Shown: positions 46,521-57,277, counted from the first letter of the whole stretch. The stretch is DNA of 63,022 nucleotides, filler included, from an uncultured Methanosarcinales archaeon (GCA_964587045.1; 3 parts of 3 records of this genome joined end to end with filler, not necessarily neighbours in it), one strand, 5' to 3'. The notes: generated from the sequence alone by a model not told the origin. Translations and numbers: made by a program.

Positions 46521-47001
46521 GATTATCCTCCAGGAAAAGCCTTTTGAAATCGTAGTCCTCGAATTTGTGGGCCGTAATTGTGAGGGATTCACTCCATGAA
46601 TTAATAATCTTTCCAAATCTGGTCCTTATATCGCTGGTTATCTTGCCCTGCTCAATCGCATCCCTCGCTATGAAGACCAAGGACAGGTCCCATTCTCCTG
46701 CCACGTCGAAGACTTGGGTCACGCGGGGATGCTGCTTTAGGAATGATATGAACCGTGTGTAGTCCTCCTTGAGGTCCAGGTTGTGAAGTTTGAGCTTGAC
46801 CTCCACCACATTGTTGAATCCGTTGTACCTGTGCCGCATTAGAATCGACGGGTGGAAGACCTTGTTGTCTATCATCTTATGTATTCGCTTGTTTACAGCA
46901 TCCACTGAGAGCCCGACGGTCCTTGCGATCTCTGACAGACTTGTCCTGCTGTTCCTATGAAGGATCTGCAGTATTTCGCAATTTTTCTCATCAATTTCCA
47001 T
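46507..47001 (-). CDS. Lrp/AsnC-family regulator
   Basis: IDEKNCEIL..L..NSR.S..EIA..VGLS, V.GEWD. Confidence 0.9.
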   Translation of the reverse strand: MEIDEKNCEILQILHRNSRTSLSEIARTVGLSVDAVNKRIHKMIDNKVFHPSILMRHRYNGFNNVVEVKLKLHNLDLKEDYTRFISFLKQHPRVTQVFDVAGEWDLSLVFIARDAIEQGKITSDIRTRFGKIINSWSESLTITAHKFEDYDFKRLFLEDNHEKD

Positions 47002-47032
47002 TTTACATTAATAAAATAAGGTAATTTTATAA

Positions 47033-47057
47033 ATTTATCTTAAAATTTAAGATAAAT
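47033..47057. promoter_or_regulatory. Perfect 12-1-12 palindrome between divergent lrp and hisH-like genes
   Basis: ATTTATCTTAAA-A-TTTAAGATAAAT. Confidence 0.7.
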
Positions 47058-47098
47058 CTGTGAATAACTTTATAAAGGACGCGCCTTCCTCCATTCCT

Positions 47099-47695
47099 AT
47101 GATTCTCGTCGTGGAATATGGGATGGGAAACCTTCGTTCCATTGAAAAAGCTCTCAAGAGGATTGGAGCCGAATACACCATCTCGCACGAGCCAAAAGAT
47201 ATCCCAAAGGCAGACAAGGTAATCTTACCGGGTGTTGGCCACTTCGGCAAGGCCATGCAGAACTTAAATGACATGGGTCTGGTCCATGCAATCAGGGAGC
47301 ATGCAAGAGCCAAACCGCTGCTAGGCATATGCCTTGGCATGCAACTATTGTTTGAGAGGAGCGAAGAGGGCGACGCCGTAGGGTTAAGCCTCATCAGGGG
47401 AGAGGTCAGGCGCTTCAGGCTCCCTGAAAAGTACAAGATTCCCCATATCGGGTGGAACAGCGCATGCGGCGACAATTTGCCTGGCCTGTTCGAAGGAATC
47501 GAGCAGGACTCAAACTTCTACTTCGTGCACAGCTACCACGCGGTGCTCGAGGAGGACCTGCCACACTCACTCACAGATTACGGTTACAATTTCGTGTCCT
47601 CCGTGGCGAAGGGAAGAATCTGGGGAACCCAGTTCCATCCAGAGAAGAGCCAGATGAAAGGACTCAGGATACTCAAGAATTTCGCGGGGCTATGA
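47099..47695 (+). CDS. HisH-like glutaminase (WbuY type)
   Basis: YGMGN, PGVG, GICLGMQ, YFVHSY, QFHPEKS. Confidence 0.92.
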   Translation: MILVVEYGMGNLRSIEKALKRIGAEYTISHEPKDIPKADKVILPGVGHFGKAMQNLNDMGLVHAIREHARAKPLLGICLGMQLLFERSEEGDAVGLSLIRGEVRRFRLPEKYKIPHIGWNSACGDNLPGLFEGIEQDSNFYFVHSYHAVLEEDLPHSLTDYGYNFVSSVAKGRIWGTQFHPEKSQMKGLRILKNFAGL

Positions 47696-48456
47696 CAATG
47701 CTCAAGATAAGGATCATCCCATGCCTGCTCTTCAAGAACTGGGGCATAGTAAAGAGCGTGAAGTTCGACGAACAGAGAGTTGTCGGCGACCCGACCACGG
47801 TCGCGAGGGTTTTCAACCAAAGGAATGCCGATGAGCTGATTTTCCTGGACATTATGGCCACAAGAGAGGGCAAGGAACCCAATTACAAGGTGATCGAAAG
47901 CATAGCCCAGGAATGCTTCATGCCCCTCACGATTGGAGGAGGCATATCAGATTCAGAATCAGCGCGGAGGCTCTTCGAGATTGGGGCTGACAAGGTGGCG
48001 ATCAACACGGCAGCGGTCACCAAACCGGAACTGATCACAGAACTGGCCTCACGGTACGGATCTCAGGCGGTGGTGGTCTCCATAGATGCAAAAAGGACGG
48101 CCGAAGGATACAAAGCTTTCATAAGGTCAGGAAAGAAGGAAACCCAGTTAACCCCAGTCGAGCTTGCAAGACGGGTTGAAGAGCTTGGTGCCGGGGAGAT
48201 ACTCCTCAACTCGATAGATCAGGACGGCACGATGGAAGGATATGACATCGGACTGATAAGGGAAGTTTCCTCATCTGTTAAGATACCTGTGATTGCCGCA
48301 GGGGGGTGCGGAAAGCTTCAAGATTTCGTAGATGCTGTCAAATCCGGAAATGCCGACGCGGTCTGCGGAGCCAGCATCTTCTACTGGGTCGGCGAGAGCA
48401 TAATCACAGCCAAGGCCTACATGGAGAAGGCAGGGCTAAATGTTAGGGTGCTATGA
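47692..48456 (+). CDS. HisF-like subunit (WbuZ/AglZ type)
   Basis: RIIPCL, ADELIFLDI, ECFMPL.IGGGI, IDQDGT. Confidence 0.92.
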   Translation: MTMLKIRIIPCLLFKNWGIVKSVKFDEQRVVGDPTTVARVFNQRNADELIFLDIMATREGKEPNYKVIESIAQECFMPLTIGGGISDSESARRLFEIGADKVAINTAAVTKPELITELASRYGSQAVVVSIDAKRTAEGYKAFIRSGKKETQLTPVELARRVEELGAGEILLNSIDQDGTMEGYDIGLIREVSSSVKIPVIAAGGCGKLQDFVDAVKSGNADAVCGASIFYWVGESIITAKAYMEKAGLNVRVL

Positions 48457-48465
48457 GGTGAAAAT

Positions 48466-49584
48466 ATGAAATACTGCAAGAGATGCCTTTTTCCAGACAC
48501 CAAACCTGACCTTTACTTCGACGATAACGGGGTATGCGATGCGTGCAGATCCGCTGACCGCAAGCACCAGGTCGAGGATGCGATAGACTGGGAAGCAAGG
48601 GCAAAGGAGTTCGAGGAGATCTGCGACAAGTACAGGTCCAAAGGCGGGCTGGAATACGACTGCCTGGTTCCAGTCAGCGGCGGCAAGGACAGCTGCTTCC
48701 AGGTGTATGCCATGAAGGTGATCCACAAGATGAACCCCCTGGCTGTCACCTTCGATCAGTTCGATCAGAGCCCGACAGGCCTTCACAACCTGGAGGTTCT
48801 GAGGAGCATTGGCGTCGACCACATCCACTTCACCATGAATCCCAACATCGTAAAGAAACTCGTCAAGAAGGGGTTCGGGATAGTCGGTGATCCGCACTGG
48901 CTCAACCATGTCGGGATATTCACTGTGCCTGCGCACATAGCTGTCAATTTCAAGATTCCGCTGATAATCTGGGGAGAGAACTCGCAGCTGGAATACGGCG
49001 GACCTGCGGCGAGCAGGGACAACAGGTACCTGGACAAGAGGTGGAGACAGGAGTTCGGATGCATGAGGGGCTTTAGGGAGGAGGACATGGTCGATGATGA
49101 GATATCCTTAGGAGACCTTAAGATCTTCATATACCCCCAAGACGATGCGATAAAGGAGGTTGGCGTGACAGGCCTCTTCTATGGATACTTCCACAAGTGG
49201 AACGCAATAGAGCATCTCAAGGTTGTCGAGAAGTACGGCTTTCAGCACCTGCCAAAGCCTTGGCCGGGATCATGGCTGGATTGGGAAAACTGCGATATGC
49301 GATTCCTCGATATCCGAGAGCACCTCAAGTGGGTCAAGTACGGCTACGGGCGGACAACCGACCAGGTTAACATCTATATCAGGAACGGGAAGCTCACGAG
49401 GGAGGAGGCCGCAAAGATTGTGCGCGAGCGGGATGGGAAGTTCAGCAAGGAACACAAGAAAGAGTTCTGCGACTACATCGGGATAACTGGTGAGGAGTTC
49501 GACCGAATCAGGGATACCTTCGTCAACACTGACCTTTTCGAAAAGGACAGAAACGGTGAATGGAAGCTCAAGAATCCACCCTAG
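48466..49584 (+). CDS. N-acetyl sugar amidotransferase (WbuX/PseA type)
   Basis: YCKRC..PDTKP, VCDAC, VPVSGGKDS, KYGYGR. Confidence 0.92.
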   Translation: MKYCKRCLFPDTKPDLYFDDNGVCDACRSADRKHQVEDAIDWEARAKEFEEICDKYRSKGGLEYDCLVPVSGGKDSCFQVYAMKVIHKMNPLAVTFDQFDQSPTGLHNLEVLRSIGVDHIHFTMNPNIVKKLVKKGFGIVGDPHWLNHVGIFTVPAHIAVNFKIPLIIWGENSQLEYGGPAASRDNRYLDKRWRQEFGCMRGFREEDMVDDEISLGDLKIFIYPQDDAIKEVGVTGLFYGYFHKWNAIEHLKVVEKYGFQHLPKPWPGSWLDWENCDMRFLDIREHLKWVKYGYGRTTDQVNIYIRNGKLTREEAAKIVRERDGKFSKEHKKEFCDYIGITGEEFDRIRDTFVNTDLFEKDRNGEWKLKNPP

Positions 49585-50690
49585 AAGAATTCGCTTATCG
49601 CACTGATGACCTCTTCTTGCTCTTCAGAAGTAAGGCTCGGGTACATCGGGATGCTAATCTCTTGGCTGTAAAACTCTTCAGCTTTTGGGCACATGCCCTG
49701 CTTGTACCCCAAATCGAGGTAATAAGGGTTCAGGTAGACAGGCATGTAATGCACCTGGCAGCGAATATCTGCCTTTTGGAGGTGCATGAAAAGACTCTTC
49801 CTCAGAGCTGCGGGCACGCGGATTGGGAAAAGATGGAAAGCGTGAGTCCTGTCTTTCGGCACCTTGGGAATCATAATTGATGGGTTCTTGGAAAACGCCT
49901 GCCTGTATCTTGATGCTATCATCCGTCTCGCCTTCAGGAACTGGTCAAGCCTACCCAGCTGGCTAATCCCCAAGGCGCATTGGATGTCAGTGATCCGGTA
50001 ATTGAAGCCCAGTTCAGTCATCTCCCTGTGCCACGGGCCAATCTCCTCCTTTCCGGGACTTATACCATGGTTTCGGAGCCTCTTGAGCCTTTCATAGAGC
50101 CGCTTTGAGTTGGTCGTAACCACCCCTCCCTCACCTGTGGTGATGTGCTTTACAGGATGCAGGGAAAAGCAGGCCATGTCCGAATAAGTGCAGGCCCCGA
50201 TGGGCCTCTTTTCGTAGGTGGCCCCGAGTGCGTGGCATGCGTCTTCGATTACGATGGCATCTAGATCTTTTGCTATTGAACCAATATTTTTCATATCACA
50301 CGGGAGGCCTGCGTAGTGGACAGGAATGATTGCCTTTACCCTTGGCGATGATGCTTTCCTTATCTCCTTAGGATCTATCAGCCCATATTCGTCAATGTCT
50401 GCAAACACCGGCTTGGCTCCGCAATACAATGCGCAATTGGCAGACGCAAGGAACGTCAGAGGAGTCGTGATCACCTCATCACCAGGACCTATACCGGCTG
50501 CGAGGCATGCGAGATGAAGGGCGGCGGTGCCGCTCGAAACCGCCACTGCATACTTGGCACCGACGGTTTTTGCGAATCTGCGCTCGAACTCAGCGACCCT
50601 CGGTCCTGTCGTCAGGAAATCGCTTTTGAGGGAAGCTACCACTTCCTTGATATCTTCTTCAGATATTGATTGCTTGCCGTATGGAATCAT
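49581..50690 (-). CDS. pseC: PLP aminotransferase PseC (DegT family)
   Basis: MIPYGKQSI, EDACHALG, FSLHPVKHITTGEGG, GFNYR. Confidence 0.88.
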   Translation of the reverse strand: MIPYGKQSISEEDIKEVVASLKSDFLTTGPRVAEFERRFAKTVGAKYAVAVSSGTAALHLACLAAGIGPGDEVITTPLTFLASANCALYCGAKPVFADIDEYGLIDPKEIRKASSPRVKAIIPVHYAGLPCDMKNIGSIAKDLDAIVIEDACHALGATYEKRPIGACTYSDMACFSLHPVKHITTGEGGVVTTNSKRLYERLKRLRNHGISPGKEEIGPWHREMTELGFNYRITDIQCALGISQLGRLDQFLKARRMIASRYRQAFSKNPSIMIPKVPKDRTHAFHLFPIRVPAALRKSLFMHLQKADIRCQVHYMPVYLNPYYLDLGYKQGMCPKAEEFYSQEISIPMYPSLTSEEQEEVISAISEFF

Positions 50691-51709
50691 GATATCAATC
50701 CATATTTCTTGAATATGGTCTCTACCTGGTCCGGTGGGATTATCTCATCCTCGGAGCTGTATTCAGGCATCACCCTTTCAGAGAGCTTATTCTTGGGATT
50801 CACGTACTTGGGCTTGGCAATGTAGTCCTGGTATTTCTGTATCTGGGAGGTTATCACATACATTCCCTTGAATCCAAAAGTGCGTGACACCTCTGATGCA
50901 TTTACCATCAGCTCGTGTATCTTCTCTCCGGGCCTGAGCCCAATTATTTCTATATCGTTCTTTGCGTCGTACTTGTTCTTGAGTATCCCTATCAGATCAG
51001 TTATCTTGAATGCGTGAAGCCTCGGGACGAAGATCTCACCTCCGACAGAATACCTGAGAGCATCGAAGATCAGCTGCACAGCCTGCTTGGGGCTGATGAT
51101 GAACCTTGTCATCCTAGGGTCAGTAAGCGGAATGGGATGTCCGCTCAGGATCTTCTCAGTAAAGAAAGGTATCACAGATCCGGTGCTTTCGAGAACATTG
51201 CCATACCTTACAACAGTGAAGACTGTCCTCGCGTCCCCTTTGCTGAAGTTGCTCTCCGTGAATATCCTCTCGGAAACGAACTTGCAGGCCCCGTACGTGT
51301 TGACTGGCGAGCAAGCCTTGTCGGTCGATACGAAGACCGCTTTCTCGACATCATACTCAAGGGCCGCCTTGACCACGTTGAGCGTCCCGAGTATGTTGGT
51401 CTTGACCGACTCCTCTACGTTGTACTCGAGTATGTCCAGACGCTTGAGAGCTGCTGCGTGGATGACAATGTCAACACCACGCATGGCGGTCTTGAGGCGT
51501 TCGTAATCCCTCACATCACCTATGAAATTCCTAATGAGCAGGAGATGATCCTTGAACTCCTCAGCCACAAGATGGTGCTTGACCTCATCCCTGGAAAATA
51601 TCCTGATGCTCTGCGGCTCATATTTGAGTATCTCCCGGACCAGGTGCCTCCCGAGGAATCCCGTGCCTCCTGTTATGAGCACAACTTTGCCTTTGAATAT
51701 GTTCTTCAT
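50687..51709 (-). CDS. pseB: UDP-GlcNAc 4,6-dehydratase (PseB/CapD family)
   Basis: GGTGFLG, SRDE.K, HAAALK, STDKA, YGACK, RYGNV, RPGEK. Confidence 0.82.
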   Translation of the reverse strand: MKNIFKGKVVLITGGTGFLGRHLVREILKYEPQSIRIFSRDEVKHHLVAEEFKDHLLLIRNFIGDVRDYERLKTAMRGVDIVIHAAALKRLDILEYNVEESVKTNILGTLNVVKAALEYDVEKAVFVSTDKACSPVNTYGACKFVSERIFTESNFSKGDARTVFTVVRYGNVLESTGSVIPFFTEKILSGHPIPLTDPRMTRFIISPKQAVQLIFDALRYSVGGEIFVPRLHAFKITDLIGILKNKYDAKNDIEIIGLRPGEKIHELMVNASEVSRTFGFKGMYVITSQIQKYQDYIAKPKYVNPKNKLSERVMPEYSSEDEIIPPDQVETIFKKYGLIS

Positions 51710-51774
51710 CTATATTTCCCTTTTCGACGGCAGGATATTAAGTTATTTAAAAATCTTATGCATTATTTTAGGGC

Positions 51775-53253
51775 CTAAATCCAGGCGGATACAGCTTTCC
51801 TTACAAGGGTGACGGCCTTGGTCTTGCGTTCGAGAAACACAACCAAAGGCACAGAGAAAATTGCCAGCACCGCCAGCTTCACAAGCAGTATCAGTGAGTC
51901 GGCCAAGATTCTTCCCTTCAATGGCACCATATTGACCAGGAGAAGGATTATCACAATGTATGCCAGTGGAGCAATGAGCTTTCCTATCTCGCCGGCAACT
52001 CTGGCCCAACCGTAATAGTGGGAGATCGAGTAGCCTGTTAGGAAAACGCCGTAGGTGAAATAGCTGATTAGGGTGGCAATTGAGACTCCCACAATACCAT
52101 ATCCCATCCTGATGGCAGCGTAGTTGAGCACTGCAGATATGATGGTGAAGACGAACAGGGCACCTAGCATCTTCCACTCCTTGTTGATGGCTATAAGGTG
52201 GTTTGCCACCATGGCGACTAGACCCATGAGAGCAGTGCCGCACAGCAGCACCTGTACAGGCGTTATGCTTAGGATGTACTGGGAGAACAGGTACGATATG
52301 ACATAAGGTGATATCACGAACATCACGCCAGATATGATCGGAACGATGATGGACATGATCAGCAGTGACTGGAAAAGGTATCCCTTGATGTCCTCCTGCC
52401 GTCCGTGCTCTCCATACCTCTCAAGTGTGAACACCATGATAACCGAGCTTATCACTGAAGGAAGCATGAGGATCACGTTGGCGATGAATATTGCTATGGA
52501 ATAGAGCCCGAGCTGGACCTTGTCGAGGAAGTTCAGTATCATTATCTGGTCGATGCTGGTGAAGAGCAGGGAGGTCAGGGCTATGGAAAGCAACGGGAAC
52601 CCGATGGCAACTAGCTTCCTTGTGGACCTTAGGTCAAACAGCAATTCAGTGCTGCATTTTGAGGCGAGAATGATGTAAGCCAAAGTCACCAGGTATCCTG
52701 CAAGCATGGAGATGAGCACACCCAAGAGTCCCCCACCTAATAGGACGCTCAGCAGCAGCACCCCCACAAGATAGGTCGACGAGTAGAATATCAGGCTCAG
52801 CCCGTAGGACCGAAAATCCTTTATCGCCCGCAGCTGGAACTGCAGGGCTGAGAGGACCATGTGGGCCGGGATCACCACCGCGACCAGGCGAATGCCAATT
52901 CGCGTGGACGGATCGACATTGGACACGAAAAACGAAACCACCAGCACCCCTAAAGAAACCAGGAAGCCCATGCTCACGGCGCTGGTGAACGACACCTTCT
53001 TCGTCCTCTCTGCGGCCTTGCTGTCCCCCCGCCCCCTGAAGATTGGGACCATCTTGATCATGGCGTGGAGGACTCCCAAGTGGGCGTAATTGCTGTACTT
53101 CTCCAGGAGCAGGAGCGCTGAGAAGACACCGAACATGGCAGGCCCGAGGTATTTTGCTATCACCAAGCCGTTGACGAGGCTGATTGCAAACGAGATGTAT
53201 TGGAGGACGACATACTGGGACGTCTTTGAGGCTATCTCCATCTCCTGTGCCAT
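51775..53253 (-). CDS. Oligosaccharide flippase (Wzx/RfbX)
   Basis: About 14 TM; AKYLGPAMFG, IDQIMI...LGLYS. Confidence 0.88.
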   Translation of the reverse strand: MAQEMEIASKTSQYVVLQYISFAISLVNGLVIAKYLGPAMFGVFSALLLLEKYSNYAHLGVLHAMIKMVPIFRGRGDSKAAERTKKVSFTSAVSMGFLVSLGVLVVSFFVSNVDPSTRIGIRLVAVVIPAHMVLSALQFQLRAIKDFRSYGLSLIFYSSTYLVGVLLLSVLLGGGLLGVLISMLAGYLVTLAYIILASKCSTELLFDLRSTRKLVAIGFPLLSIALTSLLFTSIDQIMILNFLDKVQLGLYSIAIFIANVILMLPSVISSVIMVFTLERYGEHGRQEDIKGYLFQSLLIMSIIVPIISGVMFVISPYVISYLFSQYILSITPVQVLLCGTALMGLVAMVANHLIAINKEWKMLGALFVFTIISAVLNYAAIRMGYGIVGVSIATLISYFTYGVFLTGYSISHYYGWARVAGEIGKLIAPLAYIVIILLLVNMVPLKGRILADSLILLVKLAVLAIFSVPLVVFLERKTKAVTLVRKAVSAWI

Positions 53254-53284
53254 TGGTTGCTCTAAACCAGCCTCATTTATAAAG

Positions 53285-54022
53285 CTAGTGAATTTTACGC
53301 CTGTTTTGATACACGCCAACCAAGCCTATGCCGAAGGGGAATCTCACCCCTTTTGAGATGAGCAGGTTCTCAAATGACATCACGCTTCTCAGCAGGAAAT
53401 TCAGAGGCCTGGGAGTCATGGTCAAGGAGTTTACCTGCTTTCCTTTCTTCTTGCTTTGCGCCTTCTGGAACTTGAAAACAGCAATCGAGGGAAGGTATAT
53501 GAAGAAATATCGATAACCGAGATATTTCTTGGTAAAATTCTTGCCCAGAAGTTTTTGGATACTCTCCTTTGTGTACCTCCTCTGATGATGCGCGAGTTCA
53601 TCATCGCTGGACCAAAGCTTCTCGTTTGCCGGCACTGTGAAAACGAGTCTTCCTCCAGGCTTGAGTATCCTTCGTATCTCCTCAACTGCCCCTTCGTCAT
53701 CTTGGATGTGCTCCAGCAGCTCTATAGCCACCACAACATCGAATGTGCTGTCATCAAAAGGAGTTTTGGTCGCATCAGCGCAGTAGAGGTTGGTGATTCC
53801 CTTCTCCTCGCATGATTTTAAGGCCCTGCTATCGATGTCGAGATTGAACACTTCGCCATGCTTTTCCAGGGTCTCGTAGTTGAAGCCTGTGCCGCATCCC
53901 AAGTCGAGTATCTTGCCAGCCTTCTGCTCGGAGAGCAGCCTTTCCAGTAGGTCCCTTCTCGAGTGGATGTACCAAAACCCGGGCGGGAACTTGTCATACT
54001 CGTCGAAGTTGGATTCTTCCAT
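53285..54022 (-). CDS. Class I SAM methyltransferase
   Basis: ILDLGCGTG, LLEHI, LKPGG, H.RRY. Confidence 0.9.
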   Translation of the reverse strand: MEESNFDEYDKFPPGFWYIHSRRDLLERLLSEQKAGKILDLGCGTGFNYETLEKHGEVFNLDIDSRALKSCEEKGITNLYCADATKTPFDDSTFDVVVAIELLEHIQDDEGAVEEIRRILKPGGRLVFTVPANEKLWSSDDELAHHQRRYTKESIQKLLGKNFTKKYLGYRYFFIYLPSIAVFKFQKAQSKKKGKQVNSLTMTPRPLNFLLRSVMSFENLLISKGVRFPFGIGLVGVYQNRRKIH

Positions 54023-54024
54023 TG

Positions 54025-55386
54025 TCAACCACACCGCACCACAGAGGCCTTGAAGGTGCCTGCTGATTCGAAAAGGCAGCTGCACCTGCATCCGCCCTGG
54101 ATGACTAAGTCACCAGCCGAGCTTGAGACGCACGGAAGGAGCTCCTCAAGGGAGGCCCGAAGCGTTTCGTCAGCGACATCGAGGGACACGCAGGTCTGTC
54201 CGACGAAATCCCTCACCTGCAACGCAGCGTCCGCCTTCTTGACAAAAGTGGTAGGGCCTCCTACTGAGTTTTGAATATAACCGAATGTGTAGAAAGAAGA
54301 GAAGACCAGCAGCAAAACCGCATAGACCCATAACAATTTGGATTGGCCAAGGCTCCTCTTAAGCATCGCGCCAATCATGACTGTCAGGATTGGTATGTAC
54401 GGGACGAAGTACCTTGAAGCGAACAGGGAGTTGAGCAGAAGACCCTTGAGGTTCACGCTGATGGATGCTGAGTAGGGGTTCTGTATCAGCCCGGCATGGT
54501 TCACCAGGTCCCAGGCCAAAACACCCACCACGATGCATGCGGCGACAGATAGCATGACGAGCCTCCAGTATTCGCTCTTCCACGCCTTCCTCCCTGCTGA
54601 TAGCAGGAAAGGCAAGGCTCCCAGGAAAGCGACCGGCAGCACTATCAATCCGAAGTAGAGGATCCCATAAGGGAATGAAGCTAGGGAGTGTGATATGTAA
54701 TCTATGTAGCCAGAGCCTGAAGTCTTGACCAGAGCGTTCCTCACTGTCCAAATTAGGAAGGGAGCACAGGAAAGCACGATGAACGTTACGCCGTCCGTGA
54801 ATCTCCTGTCCCTGACAATCTTGTACAGAAAGCTTATGGAAAAGACCATGATGAGAGCGAGGAACACCGATCGCATCATGGAAGCAGCTCCGAGGGAAAG
54901 GGCCGCAAGGGACAGCATGCCGGTCGACTCCTCTTTAAAGTAGAGGTAGAGGAAGAAGAGTCCAAGCAGTAGGAAGAATGAGCCCGCACCCTCAGACAGG
55001 CTCAGCACTGTCGTGAAGTAGAGGAACCATGGGTTGAAGAGTATTATTGCCGACAGCACAGCCGCAAGATCCCTCCTGACTGACAGATGTCTCATGAAAA
55101 GGAACGCAAGGGCAATGGTCAGGCTTGAGAACAGCACGCTGATCAGCCTGACCGCTGTGCCCGGCTTCACGAAATCGACGAGAAACGAAGCCAGCAAAGG
55201 CGTTCCTGGAGGATACTTGATGTGAGGCTGTCCTTCGTACCAGTACCTGCCGCTGTCATGCAGCTGCTCTGCAAGACCGGCATATATCGCTGAGTCCTGC
55301 ACGACAGGATACCCCATCACAGGCAGCCTGATCAGCAGCGCAAATAGGAACAGTCCAACAATGATGTAGAGGTCTGCGCGTCTCAT
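54025..55386 (-). CDS. GT-C (PMT/ArnT-like) membrane glycosyltransferase
   Basis: QDSAIY, YPPG, LSE, RYF.P; multiple TMs. Confidence 0.75.
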   Translation of the reverse strand: MRRADLYIIVGLFLFALLIRLPVMGYPVVQDSAIYAGLAEQLHDSGRYWYEGQPHIKYPPGTPLLASFLVDFVKPGTAVRLISVLFSSLTIALAFLFMRHLSVRRDLAAVLSAIILFNPWFLYFTTVLSLSEGAGSFFLLLGLFFLYLYFKEESTGMLSLAALSLGAASMMRSVFLALIMVFSISFLYKIVRDRRFTDGVTFIVLSCAPFLIWTVRNALVKTSGSGYIDYISHSLASFPYGILYFGLIVLPVAFLGALPFLLSAGRKAWKSEYWRLVMLSVAACIVVGVLAWDLVNHAGLIQNPYSASISVNLKGLLLNSLFASRYFVPYIPILTVMIGAMLKRSLGQSKLLWVYAVLLLVFSSFYTFGYIQNSVGGPTTFVKKADAALQVRDFVGQTCVSLDVADETLRASLEELLPCVSSSAGDLVIQGGCRCSCLFESAGTFKASVVRCG

Positions 55387-57275
55387 TTTATGAAGGTCTC
55401 ATGCCATATGTTGAAGTTGACGAGCGACCACAGCTGCCTCGCGTAGAACAGGCGCGATCTCGAGAACCTCGAAATTATCCGCTCGACTTCCTCTTTTCGG
55501 AAATACTCCTTTAGATTTTTGATGTTCTTTTGGAGCATACCTTCTGCCGAGCCCTTGAACTCCCTGTCGAACCAGATGTCGATTGGGACGTTGAAGGTCT
55601 GCTTGCCCCTCCTCTTGATCTCCGGGGGGAAGTACCTGGAGAAGGCTTGCTTCATGATAAGCTTGGTCTTTGTCCCACTTATCTTCATATTTGGAGGTAT
55701 TCTGAACGCGAATTCGACCAGCCTGTGGTCCAGCAAGGGAACCCTGGACTCGACAGCGTGCGCCATGCACATCTTGTCCGGCTTCATCAGCAGGTCCTCT
55801 GGAAGGTAATGCCTGAGGTCAAAGTGGCACACCTGGTTGAGAAGGGGAGTGTCCTTTTCGAAGAAGGGCGCTATCCTTTCATGGTTGGTGAAGTCCCCAA
55901 TCTTGGAGAATGTCTCCTGTGTGAAAAGGCTCCTCCGCTCCTCGTCGTCGTATATGGACATCATCTCCAAGTAAGCCTCAGGGTAGCTGTCGGTCGACAT
56001 GAATTTCCTGAATCTCGTGAACATCTCATCGCCGGTATCTTCACTGTACTTGTAGATCCGCTTGAGCAAAAACACGGGGATGAGCTTGAGCGTTGGTGAT
56101 ATCACCTTGTGCCTGAAAGGACGGGGGAGGAACTGCATCTTCGACTTCCATTGCAGGTATTTGTACTGGTCGTATCCCCCGAAGATCTCGTCGCCCCCAT
56201 CGCCCGTCAGTATGATCGTGACCTTCTTCTTGGCTTCCCTTGCCAAGACGTAATTCGGGATGACTGCAGGATCAGAGAGCGGCTCGTCCAGATGCCACAC
56301 TATCCTCCCAAGCTCCCTCATGACGTCATCTGTGATGGTGATTTCGGTGTGGTCTGTTCCGTAGTGTTCGCTCACAGCCCGTGCGAAGGGCAGCTCGTTT
56401 GATACCCTGTCGCCGACGAAACCAACCGAGAAGGTCTTGACCGGCTCCTCAACATGCCTGCTCATCGCGCCGACCACTGCAGTTGAGTCGAAGCCGCCTG
56501 AGAGGAAGGCTCCGAACGGCACGTCTCCCATAAACCTGTCCTTGACCGCCCGTTCGAACTTCACCCTTACCAGCCTCTTGGCCAGCTCCTTGTCCCTTAT
56601 CATCGGCTTCGCTGGAAGGTGGTAATACCTCCTCTTCTTGAAAGTGTTGGAGGCGAGCGAGTAGGTGGCCATCTCCCCAGACATTAGTTTCCTGATCCCT
56701 TGGAACATGGTCTCATCCCACGGCGAGAACCGCCTCATGAAATAATCGTTGAGAACCTGGATGTTCACCGCCCTGGGGATCTCTTCATCCTCAAGTATGG
56801 CCTTGATCTCTGATGCGAAGATGAACTTGCCGCGGTCGTGGTAATAATACAGGGGCTTGATCCCAATCCTGTCCCTGGCGAGGAACATAGTCCTGCTCCT
56901 CAAGTCATATATGCAGAATGCGAACATGCCTTGGACCCGATCGAGGAGGCCGTCGATTCCCCATTCCTTGTAGCCGTAGATGAGGACCTCAGTATCAGTG
57001 TTGGAGGAGAAGTCGTACTTCCCCGATAGCTGCCCCTTGAGCTCGAGGTAGTTGTATATCTCGCCGTTGAAGACAACCGCGACGTCCCTTTCCTTGGATA
57101 GCATGGGCTGCTTTCCCCTAGGGCTCAGGTCGACGATCGAAAGCCTGACGTGGCCAAGGGACACGCCCTTGTCGAAGAACGTTCCTGACTGGTCAGGCCC
57201 CCTATGCCTGATTACCTTGACCATCCTTCGAATAAGCGCGGGATTCTCCCAGTTGAACCCAATTATTCCACACAT
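55383..57275 (-). CDS. asnB: Asparagine-synthase-like amidotransferase
   Basis: MCGI, HRGPD, NGEIYN, RDRIGIKPLYY, LSGGFDS, GDGGDE, E.RVP.LD. Confidence 0.92.
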   Translation of the reverse strand: MCGIIGFNWENPALIRRMVKVIRHRGPDQSGTFFDKGVSLGHVRLSIVDLSPRGKQPMLSKERDVAVVFNGEIYNYLELKGQLSGKYDFSSNTDTEVLIYGYKEWGIDGLLDRVQGMFAFCIYDLRSRTMFLARDRIGIKPLYYYHDRGKFIFASEIKAILEDEEIPRAVNIQVLNDYFMRRFSPWDETMFQGIRKLMSGEMATYSLASNTFKKRRYYHLPAKPMIRDKELAKRLVRVKFERAVKDRFMGDVPFGAFLSGGFDSTAVVGAMSRHVEEPVKTFSVGFVGDRVSNELPFARAVSEHYGTDHTEITITDDVMRELGRIVWHLDEPLSDPAVIPNYVLAREAKKKVTIILTGDGGDEIFGGYDQYKYLQWKSKMQFLPRPFRHKVISPTLKLIPVFLLKRIYKYSEDTGDEMFTRFRKFMSTDSYPEAYLEMMSIYDDEERRSLFTQETFSKIGDFTNHERIAPFFEKDTPLLNQVCHFDLRHYLPEDLLMKPDKMCMAHAVESRVPLLDHRLVEFAFRIPPNMKISGTKTKLIMKQAFSRYFPPEIKRRGKQTFNVPIDIWFDREFKGSAEGMLQKNIKNLKEYFRKEEVERIISRFSRSRLFYARQLWSLVNFNIWHETFIK

Positions 57276-57277
57276 CT

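Noticed and set aside
47099..48456. Histidine biosynthesis hisH/hisF
   Set aside because: Linked to an N-acetyl sugar amidotransferase in a glycan cluster, with no other his genes
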